DNA from: Fonticula alba ATCC 38817
Lineage: Eukaryota > Protista > Nucleariida
Assembly: GCA_000388065.2 (NCBI GenBank)
Contig: KB932201.1
DNA length: 60,738 bases
Strand: one strand, 5' to 3'
The notes under the pieces are model-generated. The model was not told where the DNA came from. It did no database searches and worked only from the letters and a program-made list of their open reading frames with translations. The stretch's first letter is position 1. Each line of letters opens with the position of its first letter. A program made the position numbers and the translations under genes. Positions 46,492 to 60,738 of the stretch are shown here, piece by piece.

Positions 46492-47858
46492 GGGGTGGCC
46501 GGAGGCGGGAAGAACGGAAGAGNNNNNNNNNNNNNNNNNNNNNNNNNNNNNNNNNNNNNNNNNNNNNNNNNNNNNNNNNNNNNNNNNNNNNNNNNNNNNN
46601 NNNNNNNNNNNNNNNNNNNNGGACTGCCACAGACAAGGGCAGATGCCGAGTGGAGGGCAGAGCGTACCTCGGCCGAGCGCGCGCGCCGGGGTAACGGGAC
46701 CGGGGTGGGCGGAACCGGCGGTGCTAGATCACGCAGGCCTCAACCGGCATTAGAAGGTCCGGAAGGGGCGGGAGGAGACGCCTCTCAGGGCAGCAGTCAC
46801 GAACCACACACGGCCGGAGGGCGCGCTGTGTTCAAAAGGAGGTGCGGATCCGGGGGCGGCGGGGGGGGGCGTGCGGGGGTGGGGGGGGGGGGGAGGGGGG
46901 GGGGGGGGGGGGAAGAAAGAGAGAGGGAGGACCGGGCTGAAGGCACAGGGAAAGGGCTGGATATGGTTTGCGCGACAGGGGACGAGTCAGGGGAGGAGGG
47001 AGAGAGAGAGAGAGAGAAGGAGGGCGGGAAAGAGAGAAGCGGATGGAGTCGAATAGTCCGTCACTCAATCGGGCTGACTCGAGAGACAACCCCTTGAGTG
47101 TGTGTGTGTGTGTGTGTGGTTTTCCGGAGGACAGGCGCCGGACGAAGGGCCATGCATGCGGTGGTGAGCGTCGCGCCGCAGGCGAATCACCCGACAGAGG
47201 CGACTGCGAGAGGGGAAGACTCCCCAACGGTGTAGGGGGGGGGGAGGGGCATAAGCCCTCCTTCGCTCAGGGCACCAACCCCAGCCCGCTGATCGAGATC
47301 GATGGCAGGTGAGGGCCGAAGGGCCGCCCCTCGTCCCCCCCCCCGCCTGGGCACCAGGAGCCCATGGCCCTGGCGGCTCTTGGGCCAGCCCGTGCGCGCG
47401 CGCGCGCACAGGAACAAAGTTGTCCCCCCTCTCCCGCCCCCCCCTCTCCCGCCCCCCGCTGTCCCGAGCGCCAAGTCCGGACCCGGCTGCCCCCCAGGAG
47501 ATCCCCAACTGCTGGGACACGATCCCCGGCCACGTCCCCGCACGCCTGCCCACTCGGAGAGCGGGACGCCTCATCATCATCCTCATCAATCATCATCATC
47601 ATCATCTCTCCCGGCCAGTCACTCCCAGTGCCACAGGACGACCTCGTGGGGACATGTGGCTTCCGGCGGAGACACCGACACCCGGGCCCTGTGCCCGGCA
47701 CTTCTCTGTCATCTCTCGCAACCGGGGAGGAGGGGTGTTCCCTCGCCCCCGTCGGCGCGCCGACGGTCAGGATCCCATGCAAAGACATTCGCCTTCCCTT
47801 GGACCTGGGGCGCGCGCGCGCGCGCGCGCATGCATGTACATGCCGCCTGGCCCGGGGC

Positions 47859-47895
<37 letters not shown>

Positions 47896-48838
47896 AGGGG
47901 GCGGACCGGCCCTCTGTGGCCCGCCATCCCGCAATATGGTGCCAACGCATGGGCGCGGCACGAAACCGCTAGATGTCCCCCCTCGAACCGTATCCGGAGG
48001 GCCCCGGGCGGGAGGAAGGCCGGGGCGCCGCGCAGACTCCCCCAGCGCATCGGCCGGCACCCGACAGCGCGTACGAGCCGGGTGTGGCTTGGGTGGCGGA
48101 AAAAAAAACGCCAGAAACTGTCTTACGCGTCCCGTCTTCTCCACCCCGCCCTCTGGCTCCCGCTTTGCCAGGGCTCACCGCACCTACACGCACGCACACA
48201 CCTCCGGTGGGAGGGGGGGGGGCTGCACCAGCGAATCACTCACCCATGATGAGTGCAGGACAGCCAGAAGGCCCTTGTGTCTCGGCTGGACTCGGTGTCG
48301 GGGGCAAGGTCCTCCCTCCGGGCCACCACTTTCCTAGAAGGACGCCCTGGGAAACAGGCCTCCTGCCGCTGGTGCCGGATGCACGCATGACACGACCCAA
48401 TGGGTGTTCTTGTTTATCAGCATATGGAGGCTGGAGCTGGCTGCTGACACGCTGAGGCGTGATTGACCCATGAGGCTGCCGATCCCCGGATGCCGGCCCG
48501 CGCGGGGGGGGGGGGGGGGGGGGGGGGGGGCCGGGCGGGGGGGGGGGGGGGGGGGCCCGGGCGGGGCCGCCACGCCGGCGGACCCTTCCCCATCCCCGGG
48601 GCTCGAAAGCCGAGACTCGGCGAGGCGCACGCAGCAATCCACCACCTCCCCGCCCGCCCCACTCCGAAGGGAGGTTCAAGGGTCGGCGCCCGACTGCCGG
48701 CCGGTCGCTCCAGCGTCTTCACCCGTGTCTCCCTCGCTCTCCCCCCCCCTTATCTGTCTCTCTCTCTCTCTCTCTCTCTCCCCTACCCCTCTGCCATTTT
48801 GTCTGCTCTCCCGCCCAGCCGCATCGTCGCCAACCGAA

Positions 48839-51195
48839 ATGACCACCACCCGTCCGATGGAGGACGTCCTCATGGACAATGAGGGCCGGCCCCTGGGCAA
48901 GAGCCGCCTCAAGGGAATCCTGCGCGGTGCCGAGCGCCTCTTGAAGAAGGTGCGTCTGGCCTCGCCCTGCCGGCCTCTCTCCCCGCCATCCCGCCCCCAA
49001 GGGTACACATGCCTTTCGTCTGCTGACCCCATGTGCAGGAGGGCCTTGATGCTGAGACGCGCGCCGCGATGGAAGCGCGTGCCCAGGCGGTCAGGGATCG
49101 CCTTGCGGCCCTCGAAGCCCAGGAGCTGGAGGCCGCCTCCGTTGCCCCGGAAGCTGTGGTCGCTGCGCCTGCCCCCTCATTCCGCAAGCGTGAGCTGACT
49201 CAGATTGAGTCGGTCCAGCTGCAGCGCTATAACATGGTCCGGTTCTTTGGTGCGTGTACTTTGTCCGCGCGTGGAGTGGAAATTAGCCCCCTCGTGCTCT
49301 TGTGTGCTTTGTTTGGTCTCTTTGGCGGTGTTCCGTCCCCCCCCCCCTCTCCCTCCTCCCCACGCAATGTGCATCTGTGACTGGCTGGCATTGGCGATGA
49401 TGACGGCTCCCATCTGACAATCACAACATGGGCTTTGTTCCCTCGGCAGATCGCCAGAAGCTCATGCGCAAGCTCAAGCAGGTGACCAAGAAGCTCAAGG
49501 ATGCCGGGGCGCAGGAGCGCCAGGCTCTGGAAGAGGAGCTGTTCGTTATCGAGGGAGATCTCCTGTACAACCGCTGCTTCCCGCTGGTGTACAAGTACAT
49601 TGCCCTCTTCCCGACCACGCCCACCGTGGATGAGCTGGTGGTCACCGCGCGTGATGCCCTTCTGGAGCAGGCCCGGGCGGCTGCGCGGGCTGGCGCCCGG
49701 GCGCCCGGCCTGGCCCCTGGCGGCGGATGCTCTCACTGCGGTGAGAGCCCGGTTATGCGTGCTCTGGAGGCTGCCGAGCAGGCAGATCCGGCACAGGAGC
49801 CCACCCCGCCCCCGGAGGAGGGTCCGACCCTGGCCCGGTGCGCCAATTGCGGCCATGGCCGGACCGTGCACTTGCGTGTGCCGGCCAACACGGTGAAGCC
49901 GGTGCGCAATGTGTCGGCCGATGCGCAGGCCGCCCGTCGAGCCAATCGCAAGTCCCTGGCTGCGACCCTGCGCCAGGCGGCGGTCGACGCGTCGGAAGTG
50001 GACGGTGCCGATTCGGCCATGGTCGACCAGGATGTGGTGGCCCCGGTGTCGCAGCCGGTGGTCCCGCGCAAGCGCCCGGCCACCGACATGCTGGCCGCCA
50101 ATGCTGCGGCACCCGCCCCCGCGGATGCCTTGGTCTCGGCGAATCCCAAGCCGACCGCCTGGAATGCGACCTCCAGCAGCGACAGTGACTCCGATGGGGA
50201 GTTTGTTTCGTGCGAGTCCGGCACCGAGGCGCTGGATGGCGATGAGGATGACAACGACGACGACGACGACGATCGGGATGAGCATGATTCCGAGGACGAT
50301 GTGGATGCTCAGGACGGCGAGCTGGCCGTCGCCGAGCCATCGGCCAAGAAGCGCCGCACCGAGTCGACCGAGGAGCCAGCCCCGGCCCCGGCGGCTGCTT
50401 CTTCCTTCTTCCTGTCTGCGGCACCGGCTGCCGAGGATATCCCCCAAGAACGTGTGCAGTATTTGGTCAACTCTCACGAGCCTCAGGATGTGCGTCTTTT
50501 TTTTTTTCCCCCTCTCTTCCACCCTTTCCCCCGCCTTGGACCGGTGTCTACTGCTGCTCTGCGGCCTTTGGTTGGGCACCCACTCACCCTGCACACCTTG
50601 CGTGATCCTCCGTCGTTGCATGTGCATTTGCACTTCCATCTCTCCTCCCTCTCCGTTGCTTTCCATCGCGCACCACCCATGCACCTAGCTGATGTCCCGT
50701 CGTGAGTGGATCGGCCTCAAGCGCTCGAACCAGGTGAACCACCGCGGTGAGATCCGCAAGGGTCTGCGCTCGGGCTACCTGGCGGAGCCGGTGCTCATGC
50801 GCGAGACTCTGGACGGCAAGGCTCTCGGTGTGATGAAGGCCAGCTCGTCGGCCGCCGGTGGCCGGGGAGACCGTCGCGATGGCCGTCCCGCGTGGAAGGA
50901 CCGCCCTCAGGGCGATCGCCCAGCATGGAAGGACCGCCCCCAGGGCGATCGCCCGGCATGGAAGGACCGCCCCCAGGGCGATCGCCCGGCGTGGAAGGAC
51001 CGCTCGCAGCAGGGGGGGACCGACCGCCCCGATCGTCGCCAGCCGGCCAGTGGCGGCCGGCAACAGACGCGCCCCGCTGGGGGAAACAACAAGGGGGGCC
51101 ATGTCTTCCGGCCGCCGATGCCAACGAACGTCAAGAAGGCCACGTTTGCCAGCATTGATCAGCCCATCGGCACACGTGTTACATTTGACGATTGA
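48839..51195 (+). CDS. EFG1: rRNA-processing protein Efg1 with extended C-terminus; 4 exons
   Basis: Exons 48839-48949, 49039-49249, 49450-50489, 50689-51195 with GTGCGT donors. LRGAERLLKK...QRYNMVRFFDRQKLMRKLKQ...IEGDLLYNRCFPLVYKYIALFP matches the Efg1 (DUF2361) signature YHMVRFFERQKA...DLNY..YP...KYISLFP. Confidence 0.88.
50884..51009 (+). repeat. 33-bp coding tandem repeat, (RPAWKDRPQGD) x ~3.8
   Basis: Units start at 50884, 50917, 50950 and 50983. Confidence 0.93.
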
Positions 51196-53210
51196 GCCAC
51201 TGACACCGATCGGCTCTGTCAGCCGTAAAATACACTTGGTCGCCCTCCTCTGCGGGGTGTGGGCTGCGGGGTGGGGGCGGGGGGGGGGGGCTAAAAGAGG
51301 GGTCTCGGTTGTCTGCCTGCTGCCCGGGTCTGGGGGGGGGGGTGGGCGGAGAAGTCCCCGCTCGCCCCTTCTAATCGGGAGTCAGACGAGCCCCGAGATC
51401 GGCCCGGGGGCCGGGCACCCGGCGCGGCAGGGCTCGGAAGAGGGTGGCGCGCCTGGGCGGACAAGACAGTGAGCGGTTCCCCCCCCCCCCCCCGACCCCT
51501 CGGGCCTGGGGACGCAAGTCCCTGGACCGTGGGGGTTCTTTCGTGCAGGAAGAAAGCACCAGCATGAAGAGCGCATGCCTGCAAAGGACGGGCGCGAGGG
51601 GTACACGGCCCCGGGTCGCAAGGGGCGCGGGGGGCCGTGTGTGTGTGTGTGTGTGTGTGTGCGCGGCGAGGCAAGGGGGGGGGGGGGGGTAGAGCGATAA
51701 GGGAATGGGAAGAAAAATCAAGACGCCGGGACAGCCTGTCAAAGGACTGTGTCGTGCTGTTCCTCGGGGAGCTGCGCGGCTCTCCCCGTTCGGTCCTCCC
51801 ATGCGGGGCCGAGGGGGAGCCGGAAGACCGACCCACCAGGGGCTGGGCAGTGCATGCGCGTGAGCAACAACTTGGGTGGGTCCGGTTGGGGCAGCCGCGT
51901 CTCTTGACAGCCTGAAGGAAGAGAGGGCCCCTTGCCCTCCTGCAGGGAGCCTGCATATGTGTAAGGGCGCCAATATGAAAGAGGGATTATTCGTTAGGTC
52001 ACTTTAGCCGGGCCTTCTTGGTGGGGGACCCATTCCCTGCTGGCTGTGGAGGGGCTGCGGCCTGCGGCCTGTCCTCTGCCGCGGCGCGCTCCGTTGCCCA
52101 TGGCATATGTTCCTCGGGGGCAAATGGTCAAGGTCCGTTGAAAGCGCCTTTTTCCCCATGGAATCCCACCGAACGGCCGTGTGACGTGTCCCGAGTCTAG
52201 GCACTAGACTGTGGAGGGGGGGGGGGGGCGTCCCGGCCGCGCCTCGGCCTCCGCACTTCAGGCAGCTCTCCGAGCCTGGAACCATCGAGTATAATTCGCT
52301 TCCGTGGGGAGGGGGGCTGACTCCGGGCAATTGACGTGGCGCGTCGGTTCGCCGGTAGACAGGCCTTCGAAGAGGGGCAGCTTAACAAGCGGTTCCCCCG
52401 GCGATCGCAGGGCAAGCCGCCGCCCCAAAGGCAGGTCGGACCCACGTCTGGATCGGGGGGGGGGAGGGGGCGGGGAATAGCGAAGACACCTGTAGTCCTG
52501 GGGGGCGGGCCGGGGTGCGTGTGTGCCATTGTGGCGCGGGGCGCGGGCGCAACGGCCGATTGCGCATGCAGTGCGCGCAGGGGGAGCCGCCCGTCTTCGG
52601 GACCGAGGTGCTGGGTAGCCAGGCTCCCTGCCCCCCCCCCCCCCCCAGACTTTGGGCTTTTCTCGCTGGCCAGCTGGGAGAAAGCCGGGACCTCGGTTAT
52701 CGCACCCCTCCCCTTGTAGAGGGCCGGTGCTTGTATGTGTATGTGTGTGGGTGCGGGTGTGCGATGGTAAGCATGGGGCCGGGAGACCCGGCTCCCGGGT
52801 GTTGACATGATTGGGCTGTTCTCGCCCCCCTCCCCCAACTTCCGGCGGGGGTTGCCTGCCTCTTCCAGCGCGGCCGGGCGGTGGCGGCGGCAGGGTGTCC
52901 AACATCGCTCCCCTCTCCCCGGTTCCCCCTGGCGGCCCTCCTGGACACATCGCCGCCGCTCCCCCATTGTCCGCTGCGACTCTTCTGGAAGTACTGTGTC
53001 CGGTTAATCCAGGCTCGATCAGCCCATAATGCAAACACCCTTTTGCATTGACTCTCCCCCTCTCCGTGTCTCGAACTTGTTCGACTTCCCCCTTCCCCCT
53101 CCCCCTCCCCCTACCCCCTCCTCCCCTTCGCCTGCCCGCTGACCCGAGTCCCCGGTCCTTGCTTCACATTTCCGAAGAAAGGCCACGGTTGAAGCCCCCC
53201 CCCCCCCACC

Positions 53211-56320
<3,110 letters not shown>

Positions 56321-59300
56321 GAGCCGGTGTGTGTGTGTGTGTGCGCGCGCGCGCGTGCGCACACGCGCGGTGAGCCGCGGCGGTGAAAGCACACACATGG
56401 GCACATGTGCACGCCGCCGCCGCCGCATATGCTCAGATATGGCGGGCCATCAAGAGGCGCCTCTGCGATACCGGGGGGGGGGGGAGGGTGACCCGATGGT
56501 GATGGGGAGCATTTGCCTGGCGTCCGCTGGGTGTGCCCCCAGAGCCGCCTGGTCCTCTTTCCCTCCTGTTTCTTCCCTTCTCTCTCTCCCCTCCCTTTCG
56601 ATGGCTGTGGCCCACTTTCTCCCCTTCCTCTCGTCTGTCCTGCACGGTAGAATGGATAAGAGCGAGGGGAAGGGTGTGGCCGGCTCTGCTTCTGCGCCTC
56701 TGCCGCGCCTCCGCGGCATGGGGCACCGTATGGGCCGTTCTCCATCACACTCCCTCCTGGTCCTCTTCCCGACTCTCCCCAGTCCTTTCATCGCCGCCCG
56801 CCTGCTTTCGCGCACCGCCCACATATACGCGTATGTGGCTCTTCTGCGTGCGCGAGTGTTTGTGAATCGCATTGTGTGGACGGAGCACGCGCGCACATGC
56901 CTGTCGGAGGGGGGAGAACCCTCTCGATCCATGAGCCTCCCCATTTTTCGTATGTGCGCAAATGCGTGACTCTTGTTCCCTTGTGTCCCACCTTGTGTGG
57001 CTCCCCCCCCCCCCTCTCAAATTTAAAAGCCCATTTGTTTCTTCGATCTCGCACTTGTGTGTGAGCGCGCGCGGGTGCGTCTATGCATGGGGCGGGGCGC
57101 TCTCCCTCCTTTCAGGGCATGGGCCCATTCCGGGCAGGGAATGCTGTGTGGGGGGCGAGATGGATGGGCAGGGATGGGCAGGGATGGGGGGGGGCGCCAG
57201 GCTGCAAGTTTGTTTGCTGTGAGCTCCCGTGGTAGTGGTTTCAATCACGGAAATGGTGCCTCCTTTGTGGGAAGCACAGGAGGGGGCGCGACAGAAAGGC
57301 AAAGGTTCGGTGGCGCGCAGATTGGGAGAGAGAGAGAAAGTGCTCGGCCGGGCGGTGTGCGGCAATTCCTCCGCCACAGATGCCGGTCCGGTGTTACTCA
57401 TTGGATTTGCTTGCCCTTCCTTCGAGGTGTGAGTGTATGTAAATGCAAGTCCATTTTGATGCGTGCGTGTGGGGGTGTGTGTGTGTTCACAAGGAGAGGG
57501 CAGGCTAGGGTGTTGTGGCCGGGAACTTTTCGCACCCATCCGGCGTGGTGAGGCGCCAGCCGCTCGAGGAGCGGGCGTTCCAGCCTACTTCCGGCCAGAT
57601 GGTAGCCCCTTTTTGCTGTGGGCCCGTCCGTCCGCCAAGGGGGTTGGCTCCTCCCGACGTGCCGTGCCAGCGAAAGGTGCCGCCAGGTCGGCCACGACCG
57701 AGCCGGGCAGTATCACCGGAATGTCAAAGCACGTGCGCACGTCTGAAATTGATCCGACCCCATCCATCAGAACCGGATACGCCCGAGTCACGCCATGGGC
57801 ATGAGAAGGCAACTCCTCAGCCGTGTGTGCTCGTGATTCCGCGGCCCGCTTCGAGGTGCCGGCCATGGAGCGCCCCTGGACGAACACCAGAGGCCCCTTT
57901 TCTGACGACACGCCAATAGGGGGCTTCTCGTGGCTTCAGTAGATGCGGCTGGCGCTCGGGCCGCCGCGAGGCCGTCCCCCCATGCATTAGAGTCTCGCTG
58001 GGGAGTGTGGCGCGGAGTGTCGCTGTGCAGGAGTGCGCCAGTGTTGCGAATGCGGTCTCTTCCCGCTCGCTCGCCCGCTCGCTCTTGCTGCCTCCGGGGT
58101 TTGGCCCACGCGGCGGACTCGATTACATGTCGCCCGGCGGGCTTGAGACATCCTTCCCTAGGACCAGGTGTGGGAGCAAGTGGAGCAGGCGGACCGTGGG
58201 CCCGGCTTTGGCGCCCTCGGGCGCTGGTCTTCGGGGGGGGGGGGACGCCCAACCTCCTACCGCGGTCCCGACAATGGTAGCCCGGAGGGTGTTTTTTTTT
58301 CGCCTCTGGCCGGCCACCGGCCGGCGTTCCGAGGGCCGAGTGACGACGCGCTTGTATCGGCCTGCCGCCCTCGGGGGCCGGCGGCCCCTTCCGGGAAATG
58401 GCGCGTTCCCTGTGGAGACAAGACCAGGGTGCCCGAGTGCAGGCGGACCTCGGCCGAGTAAAAGAGTATTGACCCGCCTGAATTTGACTGCGTCGAGGGG
58501 ACCCAGGGGCAGTGGGGGGGGGGACACATATATGGGCTGGGGGATTGTCTCCGTGCCGGAGACCGTGCCCGCATTCGTGGACGGGGGGGCGCCCACTTGG
58601 ATGGACACCAACCGAGGGCATGTCCCCCGGGGCGCGGGGGCCGATGGACGTTCGAGCCGAGTAGGCCCCGGGAACTCGGCGAGGGGGGGCGGCGGTGCGG
58701 GGCTCGCGGCCGGGCCCCCGTGTCAGTCGAGGGGCAGCGAGGGATGCCCCTGTGCTTATGTGACGCCGGGCTGGTGGGTGACGGAGCCGACTCCTGCGTT
58801 CTCCCGAATGAGCGGGGAGGTGGTGCCGAGGGGTGGCCATGCGCCCCATCCCGGCTGCTGCACTGGGAGCCTCCTCGCGGACAGCGGCGGCACATATGCC
58901 TTGAGCATGAATGTGCGTGCCGCGTGCAGCCTGGTCGCTTGCCTTCGCCGACCCCTCACGGAGACGGAGTCCTCTTGAGGTCGGGCGCCCTCCCCGGCCC
59001 TCCGGGCAGGGGGGGGGAGGGAATTGTGCCAGGTTATGGTGTGCGCTTTCAATGCGCCGGGTGCGAGCGCGCACGCGGGAGACTCACTTAGAAGGAAAGG
59101 CGCAGCCTGGCCTGCATGCGCGCCCGACTCGGCCCGAGGGGAGGGCCGCTGGGCGTGGGGCTCTTGGGCTCTCGGAACCGGTGGAGGCTGCCCGCCAGCT
59201 GGGCAGGGGGGGGGCCCAGTCTCTCGGAGGGGGGGGGGGGGGGTGCTCACGCATGCCGGACCCCACAGCCCAGGGGCGAGGTGCTTGCGTGTTACCTCCG

Positions 59301-60738
59301 CCGCTGTGTGCCTCGAGGTGGCCCCGGTTCGGAGCGCGCGAACAATGGGTAATTCGCTTCCCGTCGGCCGGTCCTGGGAATAGGCTCTCACAGGGGGCAG
59401 GGGTGGGGGGGGGAAGCCGGCGCTTCCTTTGTAAACGACCCGCATGGCACCAGAGGCGCGCGCTCGTGCGCAAGCTCACGCCCCCACCAGAAACGATGGT
59501 TCTCACTCGGTGACTGGCGGCCTTCCTCGGTGAGGCCCTTTCGCGGAAGAGCCACGCACTTGGAAGGGGGCTTGCATGTGGAGCAGGTGCGTGCGCGCGG
59601 TGTCGGGGCGAGCGAGGGAGGGGGCAAGGGAGCGGGGAGACGGGGGCACCAGGGGGGGGGGGGGGCGTCTTTGGCGCACCACAAGGCCCGCAGGGGGTTC
59701 CCGGGAAAGCCCGCGGGGCTGCTGCTCCTGGAGGGACACGGGGGACGGGGGCGCGAGGAACGGCCAGCCGGTCCGCCCGGCATGGGCTTCTTTTTTATTT
59801 TTTTTTATGGACTCTCGCATACCCGCCGGCGCGGCCGCGCCTCCTGTGCCTGGTGTCTCAGCCCGGAGGTGCCGAGGGCTGGTCCTGGGCCGAAAGGCCC
59901 AAGTCTCCGACTGGCGAGACTGTGCGACGACCACCCTGTGTCCCATGCGGGCAGCGGGAACACTCTCCACCGCCCCCGGCTGCGCCGCCCCGCGGGCCAT
60001 GCGCGGAGCAGGAATGCTGGCTCGTGGCTTGCGAAGGTGGCCCCTCCCCCCCTTGGGCTCCTTCTTCACCCCGGTGTGGGTGTGTGCCGAGTGTGCCGAG
60101 GTGGCTGGGGCCGCGGGGTGCTTCAAGCCGCATTGAGCATATTTCCGATGTGCTCTCTCTCTCTCTCTCTGCACGTCGGGCCAGTGTGCTTTCCTGCTGC
60201 TGCTGTCTTCGAGTTTGCAACACCCTCCCGGCTCGGCCGGAGGGTGTCGGCGTGTGGAGCTCTGTGGCGTGCGCTGTGTGCGTCGTCTGCGTGCATATGG
60301 GCGCGCGTGCGTGGATGTTTGTGTGTCCTCTGCACACGTGCATGCGGAGTTTCTCGGCAGCGGGCGAGCGCGCCGGCGGGGGGACGCGGGCAAGGGGAGG
60401 GGGGGCGAGGGGCGAATTCGTTGGGCGCTATCGTTCATCGCGCCAGGCACCGCCGAACAGCCCCTTTCGCACGGCGACCCCCCGGCCTCCCCTACATGTA
60501 GCTGCCCCCTTGGGAAGAGCGCAGCTTCAGCGGCCGATCATGAAACACCGGAGCCTCGAAGGCGGCGTCGCTCATCATGTCCCTGCCTCCTGGACCGAGT
60601 CAGCCCTTGCTGGTGGTGCCATTGGACCGCGCAGCCTTCCCTGCCTGCAGGCGGGGGGTCGTGCTGGATAGTTCCCACCACCGGCCTCGGCAGTGCGCAA
60701 GAACTCTTGGGGCGCGGGTGTGTGTGTGTGTGTGTGTG

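Noticed and set aside
48839-51195. Alternative call as BUD22/SRFBP1
   Set aside because: The YNMVRFF-RQK and DLLY...KYIALFP motifs are diagnostic of Efg1.
56369-56395. GAGCCGCGGCGGTGAAAGC resembling group II intron domain V
   Set aside because: No complementary 3' half of domain V, no domain VI, and it lies in microsatellite-rich 3' flank.

Overview
Intron-rich, very GC-rich eukaryotic scaffold with about 15 N gaps, most of them next to poly-G/poly-C or microsatellite tracts. Gene content and sequence style (fungal-type Nrd1/Mrn1, Efg1, Dbf4; low-complexity protein expansions; C-rich introns) suggest a holomycotan protist such as Fonticula; this is inference, not a database result. Eleven spliced genes can be supported. 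In order: RPEL-repeat protein (+), THEM4-like thioesterase (-), M6PR/ATG27-like receptor (-), four-RRM Nrd1/Mrn1-like RNA-binding protein (-), two paralogous small Cys-rich secreted, probably GPI-anchored proteins (+,+), NHP2 (-), bacterial-type class III nucleotide cyclase receptor (-), DBF4 (-), EFG1 (+) and CDC48/VCP (+). The most unusual sequence is a ~1.3 kb hairpin-dense, microsatellite-free element (25400-26740) between the two Cys-rich genes. Part of it is present twice with five transitions, four in loops. It may be an endogenised structured RNA (virus or satellite-like) or an undescribed large ncRNA. Other notable points: a Phactr-like RPEL+RVxF architecture, a cyclase with substituted catalytic Asn/Arg, and a strong +4C bias at splice donors. 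Most ORFs in the supplied track are antisense or GC-shadow artefacts.
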